This document shows positions 50,919-61,166 of a stretch of DNA of 64,000 bases, piece by piece (within the stretch, counting starts at the first letter, position 1; each line of letters opens with the position of its first letter). The translations under genes and the position numbers were made by a program. Source of the DNA: an uncultured Acidobacteriota bacterium (GTDB lineage: Bacteria; Acidobacteriota; Terriglobia; UBA7540). The DNA is taken from assembly GCA_963804995.1 (NCBI GenBank), contig CAWDSK010000006.1, positions 1,280,001-1,344,000 of the forward strand. The letters are read 5' to 3'. The notes under the pieces were generated by a model, which was given only the letters and a program-made list of their open reading frames with translations, was not told where the DNA came from and made no database searches.

Positions 50919-51065
50919 CAATACTCCTGACAATTAAACTTGGTTAGTCATATGCACCAAATTCGCGGCGCGGGGGAACTAGCACCTTGATCGGGTCAAC
51001 GCTCGGGTAAATCCTTTTGAGACCGATGCCAGAATGCCCCAAGTTTCTTTTGCTTGAGGATTTAG

Positions 51066-52198
51066 GTGAAAATGGCCAAAACTTTTCTATCTGCCGCCGC
51101 AATCGTATGCCTGCTTCTGACGGCGCTGTGCGATGCGCCGGTCTTCCCTGCTCGCCTTCCCGGCTCCGGCGCTGGCGTGGACGCTGCCGCCGACGCCGCG
51201 GCCCTGATCCATGCCGGCCACTGGAAGCGAGCGCGGGCGGCTCTCGAACCTGAAGTCCAAGCCCATCCCCAGGACGCTCCACGCTTGTACTTGCTCGCGC
51301 AAGTGAAAATGGCGTTCCAGCAGTTCGACGCGGCCCTGCCGCTTGCGCAGCATGCCGTCGAGCTCGAACGGCAAGGATTCCAACTACCACCTGAAATTGG
51401 GCCAGGTCTACGGGCAAATGGCGGCGCGGGCCAACATCTTCGCGGCCGGACCGCTGGCGGTGAAATTCCGCAAAGAGGTGGAAATTGCGCTCGAGCTCGA
51501 ACCCGCAAAACCTGGAAGCACTGGACTCCATGATGCAGTTCAAGTTTCAGGCCCCCGGCTTGATGGGCGGAGACAAGAATCAGGCGCGCGCGCTCGCCGA
51601 TACGATTACGCGTCTCAATCCCAGTGAGGGCTATCTCTCCCGAGCGAAATTGGCGGAACTTGAAAAAAACCCGGCAGAGGTCGAAGGCGATTATCTAAAG
51701 GCAGTCGAAGCCGGCCCCAGGAACTACGGCGCGCTCACCGCGCTCGCGAAGTTTTACAGTCACGCTCCCCCTGCCAAGTATGAATTGGCGGTGAAGAACG
51801 CCCAGCAGGCCGTGGAGATTGATCCCCTGCGCGTCGAAGCGTACTGGATTCTGGCGCGCTTGTTTGCCTTGCAGGAACGCTGGAACGATCTCGATTCGTT
51901 GCTCGGCGCGGCTGAAGAAAAGGTTCCGGATGACCTGCGACCCTACTACGAAGCTGCGAACGCCCAGCTTGAAACCGGCAAGGATCTTCCCCGGGCGGAG
52001 AAATACGCGAAGAAATATCTTGCCCAGGAGTCGGAGGGCGATGGGCCCGGCGCCGCCGATGCGCACCGCCTGCTGGGACTGGTTTCCGAGAAGCAGGGCC
52101 GCGTGGCCGAGGCCCGCGCCGAACTGGAAACTGCGCTGCGACTCAGGCCAAACTTCAAAGCTGCCAAGGAAGATTTGGCGAGGATCAACAAAAGGTAG
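51066..52198 (+). CDS. Exported TPR protein, split by two +1 frameshifts (~51368, ~51501)
   Basis: Three overlapping ORFs join into continuous TPRs (ELDGKDSNYH, ELDPQNLEA). Confidence 0.85.
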
Positions 52199-52381
52199 GC
52201 CGGACAACTCACCATGCCGGAACGCGGATTTGAATTTACAGCCCTCGCCCCTTTGGGGGAGAGGGTGGACCGCAACCGGCGTTTTCATCAGCCGGGGCGG
52301 GACGGGTGAGGGGGTCATTCAGGAACGAATTAAGAACCGGAACCTCAAAAATGAACACTATCTGGGCTCGTCAGGCAAGCC

Positions 52382-52993
52382 TCAACCCGTTTTCTTCCGC
52401 CGCAACAGTTGGACCAGCAGCACGCCCACCACGACTACCGCAACGATCACCAGCGTAATCCGATTGATTCGCACCAGGAATCTGACTAATCGCTCCCAGC
52501 TACTGCCGAATATATAGCCGGCGCAACCGATGGCCAGGGCCCACGCCACCGCTCCGGTGAAAGTAAAAAAGAGGAAGCGCCGGTAGGGCATCTGCAACAC
52601 TCCGGCCAGGATTCCCGCAAACACGCGCAGGCCGGTGATGAAACGCGCCGTGAAGACGGCCCACGCACCATACTTCAGGAATTGCTGTTGGGCCTGGTCA
52701 TACCGTTTCTCCACCCAATGCAAGCGCCTCAGGGTGCGATTGACGAAGGCAGCGCCGCCGTAACGGCCGAGCCAGAAACCGAGACTGCTGCCAATCGTGC
52801 CCCCGGCAATCGCGGTGAGGATGGCCGGCGCCAACTCCATCTTGCCGTCGTAGGCCAGAAACCCGGCAAACAGCAGGACCGTCTCACCCGGGATGGGCAG
52901 ACCAATGTTTTCCAGCATCACGCCGAAGAAGACCACCCCGTACCCGTAACGGGCAAAGAACTCAGACAAGAGTTGGAAGATGGTATTGGCCAC
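52382..52993 (-). CDS. DedA-family membrane protein
   Basis: ENIGLPIPGETVL, ARFITGLR. Confidence 0.95.
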   Translation of the reverse strand: MANTIFQLLSEFFARYGYGVVFFGVMLENIGLPIPGETVLLFAGFLAYDGKMELAPAILTAIAGGTIGSSLGFWLGRYGGAAFVNRTLRRLHWVEKRYDQAQQQFLKYGAWAVFTARFITGLRVFAGILAGVLQMPYRRFLFFTFTGAVAWALAIGCAGYIFGSSWERLVRFLVRINRITLVIVAVVVVGVLLVQLLRRKKTG

Positions 52994-53064
52994 GACTTCC
53001 GCGATTATGCACGAAGTCGGGTTCGCGGCCGAGAGGATTCTGGGTATGCTAAACTAGTCAAGAG

Positions 53065-54935
53065 ATGCGTGAACCTTTTCTGGACAGGATCGAGAAGCAG
53101 GCGCTGGTCTGTGACGGGGCCATGGGGACGATGCTCTATTCGCGGGGCATCTCACTCAACCGTTGCTACGACGAGCTGAATTTGACCCTGCCTCAGGCGG
53201 TTAAAGAGGTTCACTTGGCCTACGTCAAGGCCGGGGCGGAAGTCATTGAGACCAACACCTTCGGAGCCAGCCGGATACGCCTCGAAAAGTTCGACCTGGG
53301 CGAAAAGGTTCGGGAAATCAACCTGGCGGGCGCCCGCCTGGCTAGAGAAGTAGCGGGCGAAGACCTCTACGTGGCAGGAGCCGTGGGCCCGCTGGGTGTG
53401 CGCTTGGAGCCCCTGGGCCCCACCTCTCTGGCAGAGGCGCGCGCGGCCTTTCGCGAACAGATTGCCGCGCTCGTGGAAGGCGGCGTCGACCTGATCATCA
53501 TCGAGACCATGATGGATTTGGGCGAAGCCCAGCAGGCGTTACTCGCCCTGCGCGAAGTGGGCCGGGTTCCGGTCATCGTGCAAATGACCGTGCAAGACGA
53601 CGGCAGCACGCCTACGGGAACCCTGCCGGAGGACTTTGCGCGCGCGCTCGAACGCAGGGGGGGCGGACCTCATCGGCGTCAATTGCAGCGTGGGTCCCGC
53701 CGCCGTCGAGGAGACACTCGAAAGAATTGCGGCGGTCACGGCGAAGAAACTTTCGGCGCAACCCAACGCCGGAATGCCGCGCACCGTGGAAGGCCGCAAC
53801 CTCTATCTGTGCTCACCCGAATATATGGCGGGCTATGCCACGCAATTCATCCAGACCGGGGCGCGCCTGGTGGGGGGATGTTGCGGTACGACTCCCGAAC
53901 ACATCAAAGCCATCAAAGCTGCGGTGCGTTCCCTGCGCCCCCAGCGCTCGCGCGCGGCCGTGGAGGTGGCGGCGCGGCCCGGCCGTACGCTTGAACCGGT
54001 TCCCGTCGCCACGCGCTCACGCCTGGCGGAGAAGCTGGCGCAACGGGAATTTCCTGTCCTGGTGGAGGTGGTGCCGCCCAAGGGATGCGACGCGAATAAG
54101 GAAGTCGAAGGCGCGCATTACCTGCTCGAGCAAGGCATTGATGCGGTTAATATCCCCGATGGGTCCGGCTCGAACCGCCCGCATGAGCGCGCTGACCGTT
54201 GCGGCCCTGCTCGAGCAGCGCGCGGGCATCGAGGTCCTGCTGCACTACAGCTCGCGCGATCGCAACGTGTTGACCATCCAGTCCGACCTGCTGGGGGCCC
54301 ACGCCCTGGGCTTGCGCAACGTTCTGGCCCTGACGCGCGATACCGCGCAATATTCAACGGTACTGGAAACGGCCGTTTCGGAAGTGGATGCTATCGGACT
54401 TGTTAATATCCTGAACAACCTGAATCGCGGCCTCAACATGGGCGGCAACCCGCTGGGCGCGCAGACGGCCTTCCTGGTCGGCGTCAGCGTCAACCCCTAT
54501 GCCCTGAACCTGGAGGAGGAACTTCGCCGCTTCCAGTTCAAGACCCAGGCAGGAGCGGACTTCGCCGTCACCCAACCCGTCTTCGATGCCGGGCAACTGG
54601 CGAAGTTTCTGGAGCGGGCGCGCAGTTTCGCACCGCACTTACCCGTGATCGCCGGAATCTGGCCGCTGACCAGTTTCCGGAATGCGGAATTCATGAATAA
54701 CGAAGTTCCTGGAATCTCCGTTCCGCCTGCGGTGATGGAGCGCATGCGCAAGGCCGATGCGGGCGAACGGGCTCGCCAGGAAGGCCTGAAAATCGCCCAG
54801 GAGACCTTGCTGGAAATCCGTTCGCTGGTCCAGGGCGTGCAGATTGCCGCGCCCTTCGGCCGTTACGCCATGGCTGTCGAGGTCGCCCAAGCTCTGGGCG
54901 TGCGCCGGGCGCAGCCGTCCGTCAGCCGCCCGTGA
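53065..54935 (+). CDS. yitJ: Bifunctional homocysteine S-methyltransferase/methylenetetrahydrofolate reductase, two +1 frameshifts (~53652, ~54174)
   Basis: DGAMGT, ETNTFGA, GVNC, QPNAG, GGCCGTTP, RDRN, TQPVFD, NEVPG spread over three frames. Confidence 0.9.
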
Positions 54936-55061
54936 TACAATTCTTGTAATCGGCCCCACCGGGAAAGGCTGTATGGCTAAGCCTGGGAAGGGACGAATTT
55001 GCGCCCGCATTCGGAAAGCGCCAAACGGCAGGAGATTGTAGGATCGAGAAAGGACGCTGCC

Positions 55062-55322
55062 ATGTCTCAATCCGCGAAAAGCGACAAGCCAGAGCCTTTC
55101 GAAAAGAACCTGGCACGCCTGGATGCCATTGTGCAGGAGTTGGAAGACGTGGAACTTTCCCTCAACAAGGCCCTGCTGCTCTACGAGGAAGGGATGAAAC
55201 TTTCCGAAACCTGCCACCAACAATTGCAGGAAGCCGAAGGGCGCGTCGAGATTCTGACCAAGAAAGCCGGCGGGAAGATCGTGGCGGAACCCTTTGAATC
55301 GGAGGGGACGGAATCAAGTTAG
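55062..55322 (+). CDS. xseB: Exodeoxyribonuclease VII small subunit
   Basis: FEKNLARLDAIV..LE..LSL..YEEG; xseB-ispA-dxs order. Confidence 0.95.
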   Translation: MSQSAKSDKPEPFEKNLARLDAIVQELEDVELSLNKALLLYEEGMKLSETCHQQLQEAEGRVEILTKKAGGKIVAEPFESEGTESS

Positions 55323-55337
55323 GCCATTTGATAGACG

Positions 55338-56249
55338 ATGAAAACTGCGAACCCGCTATCGACGGAGGTAATTCGCCAGCATCTGGAACAGTCCCGCACC
55401 TTGGTCGATGCGGAACTTGACCGGCTGCTCCCACCCGCAGAGGAGTTTCCACCGAACATCCATAAGGCCATGCGCTACTCGGTTTTTGCGGGCGGAAAAC
55501 GTCTGCGGCCCACCCTGTGCCTGGAAGCGGGGCGCTTGTTCGGCGGTGACGAGAAGAGTCTGCTTCGAGTGGGAAGCGCGCTGGAGCTGATTCACACCTA
55601 TTCACTGATTCACGACGATCTGCCGGCGCTGGACAACGACAACCTGCGGCGCGGCAAGCCCACTTCCCACGTGGTTTTTGGCGAGGCCACGGCCATCCTT
55701 GCCGGCGACGCTCTGCTGACCCTGGCCTTTGAAGTCATCTCCGGCGCGGACGGGGCAGCGGCGCCTGCGAAGCTACGCATCATCCACGAATTGGCTCATG
55801 CCATCGGCACGCAATGCGGTATGGTGGGCGGCCAGGTCATCGATTTGGAGACGACTGACCGGACCTGCGAAGCGCGCACTCTTGAGTACATCCATTCGGC
55901 CAAAACCGGCGCCTTTATTCGCGCCGCGGTGCGCTCCGGCGTGCTACTGACGACGGCAGGCGCAGACGACCTGGCGCGCCTCGCGGCGTACGGTGAAAAG
56001 GTGGGGCTGGCCTTTCAGATCGCGGATGATTTGCTTGATGTGCTGGGCTCCGAGGCGGAACTGGGCAAGACCATCGGCAAGGATGAACAACAGCACAAGG
56101 CGACGTACCCCGCGCTCCACGGGATCGAGATGTCGAAGCAGATTGCCTCCCGGCTGGTTGAGGAGGCCTGCGCGACGCTCGAACCCTACGGCCAGCGCGC
56201 CCACGTTCTCCAAGGCATCGCGCACTACCTTATTGTGAGGACCTCCTGA
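55338..56249 (+). CDS. ispA: Farnesyl diphosphate synthase
   Basis: GGKRLRP, HDDLPALD, RRG, FQIADD. Confidence 0.96.
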   Translation: MKTANPLSTEVIRQHLEQSRTLVDAELDRLLPPAEEFPPNIHKAMRYSVFAGGKRLRPTLCLEAGRLFGGDEKSLLRVGSALELIHTYSLIHDDLPALDNDNLRRGKPTSHVVFGEATAILAGDALLTLAFEVISGADGAAAPAKLRIIHELAHAIGTQCGMVGGQVIDLETTDRTCEARTLEYIHSAKTGAFIRAAVRSGVLLTTAGADDLARLAAYGEKVGLAFQIADDLLDVLGSEAELGKTIGKDEQQHKATYPALHGIEMSKQIASRLVEEACATLEPYGQRAHVLQGIAHYLIVRTS

Positions 56250-58171
56250 TGGAATATCAGTACCTGACACAGATCGAATCTCCGGCCGACTTGAAGAAAG
56301 TACCGCGCCAGGATTTGCCCATCGTCGCTGATGAGTTGCGGGATTATATGGTCTCAGTTATTGCCAAGATCGGGGGCCATCTGGCGTCGAGTCTGGGAGC
56401 CGTGGAGCTCACTATCGCGCTGCACTACCTTTTTGACACGCCGCGCGACAAGATCGTTTGGGATGTCGGGCATCAGGCTTATGGCCACAAGATTCTGACC
56501 GGCCGCCGCGACCGCTTCCCCACCATCCGGCAGTACGGCGGAATCTCCGGCTTCCCGGTGCGCGACGAAAGTCCTTACGACACGTTTAACGTGGCACACG
56601 CCGGGACCGCGATTTCCGGGGCGCTGGGTATGGCGGTGGCGCGGGATCTCAAAGGCGAGAACTTTCATGTGGTGGCGGTGGTGGGCGACGCAGGACTGAC
56701 CTCCGGCGTGGAACTGGAAGGCATCAACAACCTGGGGACACTGAAGAAAAAGGTGCTGGTTATCCTGAACGACAACAAGATGTCGATTTCACCGAACGTC
56801 GGCGCCTTCGCGGGGTATCTGAACCGCATCGTGCACGGGCAGGCGTATCACCGACTGCGGGAAGAAGTGGAGAAGTTGATTCTGACCGTACCGCGCCTGG
56901 GCCCGCGCCTGGTCAAGCTTTCCAAGGACCTGGTGGAATCCGCCAAAAGCGTGCTGATTCCGGGGTTGGTATTCGAGGAGTTGGGGTTTGAATACCTCGG
57001 GCCCATTAACGGCCACAATCTGGAAGAACTGCTCGGCGTGCTGGCCAAGGCCAAAGAGCGGCCGGGACCGGTGCTGGTCCACATCGTCACCCAGAAGGGC
57101 AAGGGTTACCCGCAAGCCGAATTGCTGCCCGTGAAATATCACGGTGTGACCCAATTCGATGTTTCGACCGGGGCTTTTCACAAAACGCCCGCCCAGGCTC
57201 CGAGTTACACCGCCGTGTTCGGCAAAGCCATCTGCGAGGTGGCGGAAAAGGATCCGCGCGTGGTGGCGATTACTGCCGCCATGAGTGAAGGCACCGGCCT
57301 CGACGAATTCTCCAAGCGCTTTCCCGACCGATTTTTCGACGTGGGAATCGCTGAACAGCATGCCGTCACATTCGCCACAGGACTTGCCTGCGAAGGCATG
57401 CGGCCCGTGGTGGCGATATATTCCACCTTCCTGCAACGCGCCTTCGACGAGGTGATGCATGACACGTGCCTGATGCGCGCCCCAGTTGCTTTCGTCCTCG
57501 ACCGCGGCGGCCTGGTGGGCGCCGACGGGCCTACGCACCACGGGCTGTACGACCTGGTTTATCTTTCCGCGCTGCCAGGGATCGTGGTGATGGCGCCCAA
57601 GGACGAGAATGAATTGCGCCGCATGCTTTACACCGCGATCAATGCGAACTGCCCCGCCGCCTTGCGCTATCCACGCGGCAATGGCGTGGGTGTCCCTATG
57701 GACGCGGAATTCAAAGCTCTGGAGATTGGCAAGGGTGAGATTCTGCGCGAAGGCTCCGATATCGGCATCCTGGCCCTGGGGACCATGGTGAATCCGTGTC
57801 TCGAAGCGGCAACGCGGCTCGAGGCTCTGGGCATTCACTCAACGGTCATCAATGCGCGCTTCATGAAACCTCTGGACGAGGAGTTGATCTGCTGCCTGGC
57901 GGCTGAAAAACATTTCCTGGTTACTGCAGAGGAAGGCACGGAAGCCGGCGGGTTTGGCGCCCAGGTCGCGACTTTATTGCAGGATCGGAAAATCCCCGCC
58001 AGCGTATTGCGCATCGCCGTCCCTGACCGCATTATTCCCCACGGCGCGCCGAATCTGTTGCACGCCAAGTACGGCCTGGACGCCGACGGAATCTTCGAAA
58101 AGATCCAGAAGTTCGCCCACGAATTCCCTGTGCGGTCGGAACTCCGTTATCGCTCGCTGCTAAGATCGTAG
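56249..58171 (+). CDS. dxs: 1-deoxy-D-xylulose-5-phosphate synthase
   Basis: WDVGHQAY, LNDNKMSI, GIAEQHAV, YSTFLQR, DGPTHHG. Confidence 0.98.
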   Translation: MEYQYLTQIESPADLKKVPRQDLPIVADELRDYMVSVIAKIGGHLASSLGAVELTIALHYLFDTPRDKIVWDVGHQAYGHKILTGRRDRFPTIRQYGGISGFPVRDESPYDTFNVAHAGTAISGALGMAVARDLKGENFHVVAVVGDAGLTSGVELEGINNLGTLKKKVLVILNDNKMSISPNVGAFAGYLNRIVHGQAYHRLREEVEKLILTVPRLGPRLVKLSKDLVESAKSVLIPGLVFEELGFEYLGPINGHNLEELLGVLAKAKERPGPVLVHIVTQKGKGYPQAELLPVKYHGVTQFDVSTGAFHKTPAQAPSYTAVFGKAICEVAEKDPRVVAITAAMSEGTGLDEFSKRFPDRFFDVGIAEQHAVTFATGLACEGMRPVVAIYSTFLQRAFDEVMHDTCLMRAPVAFVLDRGGLVGADGPTHHGLYDLVYLSALPGIVVMAPKDENELRRMLYTAINANCPAALRYPRGNGVGVPMDAEFKALEIGKGEILREGSDIGILALGTMVNPCLEAATRLEALGIHSTVINARFMKPLDEELICCLAAEKHFLVTAEEGTEAGGFGAQVATLLQDRKIPASVLRIAVPDRIIPHGAPNLLHAKYGLDADGIFEKIQKFAHEFPVRSELRYRSLLRS

Positions 58172-58264
58172 GGGCGAGCCCACACACGTCGAAGAAAACC
58201 AACTCCCCATTCATTCACCGTGGTAGTCTCTCCCAGAAATCCGAGCAGTAGGGGGGTATGAGTC

Positions 58265-59521
58265 ATGAAATCCCGAGAGCGCGTGGGGCGAGCCGTCAAT
58301 TTCCAGGAAGCCGATCGCGTGCCGATTGACTTGGGGGGGCTCAAGGCCTCCGGTATTTCGGTCGAAACCTATGACCGACTGACGCGCCAACTTGGCCTCC
58401 AGGTCACGCCGCGCGTGGCCGATTCGCCGGGCATGATTGCGGTAGTGGAAGAGGCGGTGCGGAAGCGCTTCAGCGTTGACGTGGCGTCGGTGGATTTATC
58501 CATGGTGTCCAGCCTCATGACCCCTCGCGACCAATGGGTACCTCGCCGATTATTCTCCGGCACCGATGTGCTATTTTCCCCCCACACACGCATCCAGGAA
58601 GAGCCGGACGGAAGCTGGGTGCTGCTGGATGCCAACGGCGCGCCCACCTCCTTCCGCATGCCCAAGGACGGCTACTACTTCGACGATGTCTCGATCAATC
58701 GCGGCAAGGGGATTGACCCCGCCAAGTTCCACCCCGTGGATGACATCGCAGACGAAGTCCTAAAACAGATGGAGGAATACTCCGCCCAGCTTTATAACGG
58801 CACGGACTACGCGCTGCTGGGATGGGGTGGCGGCGTCTGCTTCCTGGGGCTCAGCGTGATCACGGACCCGCGCTCAAACGTCACCATGGGCATGCCGGAC
58901 CAGTGGATGATGATGCTCCTGACGGAGAAGGAGACCTGCCACGAAATGATGAACCGGTCGGTGGAAGCGAGCATCAAGTGCATGACGCTTCTGCATCAGG
59001 CGGTGGGCGACCGCTGCTTTGCCTGGGGCATTGCCTCGGATGACAGCGGCACTCAGCGCGGCGAGTTCATCAACCCCAAGCTTTGGGCGGAAATGATGAA
59101 ACCCCACTACCAGAAACTCTGCGACTGGGTCCACCGCAACACACGCTGGAAGACGTTCCTGCATTGTTGCGGTTCGATCTACAACCTTATCCCGCATTTC
59201 ATTGCGGCCGGCATCGATATTCTGAATCCCGTGCAGACTTCAGCAGCCAACATGGACCCCGCCCGGTTGAAGAAAGAGTTCGGCCGCAAGATCGTATTCT
59301 GGGGCGGCGGCTGCGATACCCAGAGCGTCCTGGGCGGGGCGACGCCCGCTGAGGTCCGCGAGCATGTCCGGGAGCGCCTCGGAATCTTTGCCCCCGGCGG
59401 TGGCTACGTGTTCAACCAGGTGCACAACATCCAGCGCAACGTGCCCACTGAAAACGTCATCGCCATGCTCAACGCCGCACTGGAGTTTGGGGGGTACGAA
59501 GAGAGAGGGAATAGGGAATAG
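58265..59521 (+). CDS. Uroporphyrinogen decarboxylase/MtaA-family methyltransferase-like protein
   Basis: DRVPIDLG, DDSGTQ, LHCCG, NPVQ, WGGGCDTQ, HNIQ. Confidence 0.9.
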   Translation: MKSRERVGRAVNFQEADRVPIDLGGLKASGISVETYDRLTRQLGLQVTPRVADSPGMIAVVEEAVRKRFSVDVASVDLSMVSSLMTPRDQWVPRRLFSGTDVLFSPHTRIQEEPDGSWVLLDANGAPTSFRMPKDGYYFDDVSINRGKGIDPAKFHPVDDIADEVLKQMEEYSAQLYNGTDYALLGWGGGVCFLGLSVITDPRSNVTMGMPDQWMMMLLTEKETCHEMMNRSVEASIKCMTLLHQAVGDRCFAWGIASDDSGTQRGEFINPKLWAEMMKPHYQKLCDWVHRNTRWKTFLHCCGSIYNLIPHFIAAGIDILNPVQTSAANMDPARLKKEFGRKIVFWGGGCDTQSVLGGATPAEVREHVRERLGIFAPGGGYVFNQVHNIQRNVPTENVIAMLNAALEFGGYEERGNRE

Positions 59522-59979
59522 CTGGTAGCCATCTCTGAAACCGCGATGCCGTGTCAAGCGGATTTTAGGTGCCGATTGACAGAAGTCTGCACCTAGTTTC
59601 AGAATGGCAGTCAGCCGGCGAAGCGGAAGCGGGCTCTGCTGGCGAGCAACCCGCCGAGGAATAGCCGGTGGGAGGCTCATCGTAACGACGAGCAGGGGGG
59701 CGATGGGATGATCGCTCCTCCTCCTGGTGGTTACGATAGCTTCCCCATGCCTGAGAAAACGCCCGGCCGATTACGATCCTCGCCGAGTTCGCCACTCCGA
59801 AACTTGCACGGCTAAGTTAAAACACCTCCCTGGGGTAGGGCCAGGTTCTCACCCTGGCCTGCCGGTGGTGCGGTGGCCCAAGAGAAATCCCCAGGCCACG
59901 CACCCCCGACCGCGGCCGAGGAGAAGAATTCTCGCTCGGCCCTTTCTGAAACTCGGAGCCCAGGACGTGGGCGCTTGTC

Positions 59980-60125
59980 GCTTGCCACGATGTCGCCGGC
60001 GGATGCGCCGATTCCAGTCATCTCTACAGGATCACTGCGGGGGTCTCCCGCAGGCCTCAGTCTGTTGTTCGAGGGGCAGTTCCTCATCACGGTTCGGGTT
60101 TGGTTTCCCCATGGCTACCTCAGGC
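59980..60125 (-). ncRNA. Putative bridge/seek RNA of the IS
   Basis: Contains GGTAGCCA and ACCGTG (target arms) and AGAGATGA and GACATC (donor arms); boundaries approximate. Confidence 0.8.
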
Positions 60126-61166
60126 TTACTGCCCCAGCTTGCCGGCTCTCCGGCCCCAACGTTCGGCCTGGAAAGGTGCTCCGTGTTTCAAAACTCCGTA
60201 AACGCAGCGGGCGACCGAACCCGCCACCGCCGTCTTGGCCACATTGGGGTGCTTGTGGCAGCGCCGCAGGTGCCAGTAACGCTGGCCGAGCGGGCTCTTG
60301 CTGCGCGTCAGGGCGTTGGCGGCGGTGATCAAGGCCCAGCGCAACCAGACCGGACCTTGGCGGGTGATCGGACCATGAATCGAAACCTCGCCACTATCGT
60401 AGGAACTGGGCACCAAGCCGGTATAGTTCAACAGCGCGTCGGCGGAGTCGAAACGCGCCAGGTCTCCGATCTCGCTCCAGATGACCGCCGCCAGCATGTG
60501 CCCGAGGCCGGGGATGGTCTGCAGGAGCGCCACCTGGGGGAAAGCCGCGGCGGCCGCCAGCAGTTCCGCCTCGCTGGTTTCGCGCTCGGCGCTGAGAAAA
60601 TCGTACAGGCGAAACATCCGCTCGAAACACAACTGCGCCGCCGACGAGAGCGCTTGCTGCTGGATCCAGGCTCGCCCCTTGGCGGTGAAGACGCACCGCT
60701 GCGGTCGCAGCCCGTGCATCTCCAGCAGGCTATTGACGCGGTTCTTCGTCTGGGCCCGCAGCCGCGCCAGGCCGCACCGCTGCCGCGCCAGCAGGCGTAA
60801 TTCCCGGATGGAAGGGGGCGGAAACCAAGCCTCCGGTAGCGGCTCCACGTCGTGCACCGCCAGTTTCTTCACCAAGCGCCGAGTGTCCAGCCGGTCCGAC
60901 TTCTGCTTGCGCAAGCTGTCGATCCCCGCCGTGTGCACCCAGTGCGCCCGATCCCGCCACCCCGCCTCTTCCAGCACACTCATCACAAAATAACCGCTGG
61001 TGGAAACTTCCAGAGCGATCTCCGCATCCGGCGGCAGCTCCGCCAAGCGCTGCCGCCACGCTTCCCGCGTGCACTCGATCGGCTCCAGCATTTTTACGTC
61101 TTCCCCGGGCGGAATCATCGCCATCCAACAACGTCCCTTGTGAACGTCCGACGCAACCGGTATCAT
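60126..61166 (-). CDS. IS110-family transposase (bridge recombinase)
   Basis: DVHK, ALEVST, KSDRLD (DEDD); TIPGLG; GLVPSSYDSG catalytic Ser region. Confidence 0.95.
   Translation of the reverse strand: MIPVASDVHKGRCWMAMIPPGEDVKMLEPIECTREAWRQRLAELPPDAEIALEVSTSGYFVMSVLEEAGWRDRAHWVHTAGIDSLRKQKSDRLDTRRLVKKLAVHDVEPLPEAWFPPPSIRELRLLARQRCGLARLRAQTKNRVNSLLEMHGLRPQRCVFTAKGRAWIQQQALSSAAQLCFERMFRLYDFLSAERETSEAELLAAAAAFPQVALLQTIPGLGHMLAAVIWSEIGDLARFDSADALLNYTGLVPSSYDSGEVSIHGPITRQGPVWLRWALITAANALTRSKSPLGQRYWHLRRCHKHPNVAKTAVAGSVARCVYGVLKHGAPFQAERWGRRAGKLGQ

Noticed and set aside
52994..53064. SAM or other riboswitch upstream of yitJ
   Set aside because: Only ~70 bp of divergent spacer, with no recognisable aptamer
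53065..54935. Programmed frameshifting or true pseudogenisation of yitJ, the TPR gene and murU
   Set aside because: No shared slippery heptamer; reading frames are otherwise intact and all breaks share a CTCGA context, pointing to sequencing error
59812..60090. Passenger ORF in the IS right end
   Set aside because: No RBS or motif; it overlaps the guide-bearing RNA region
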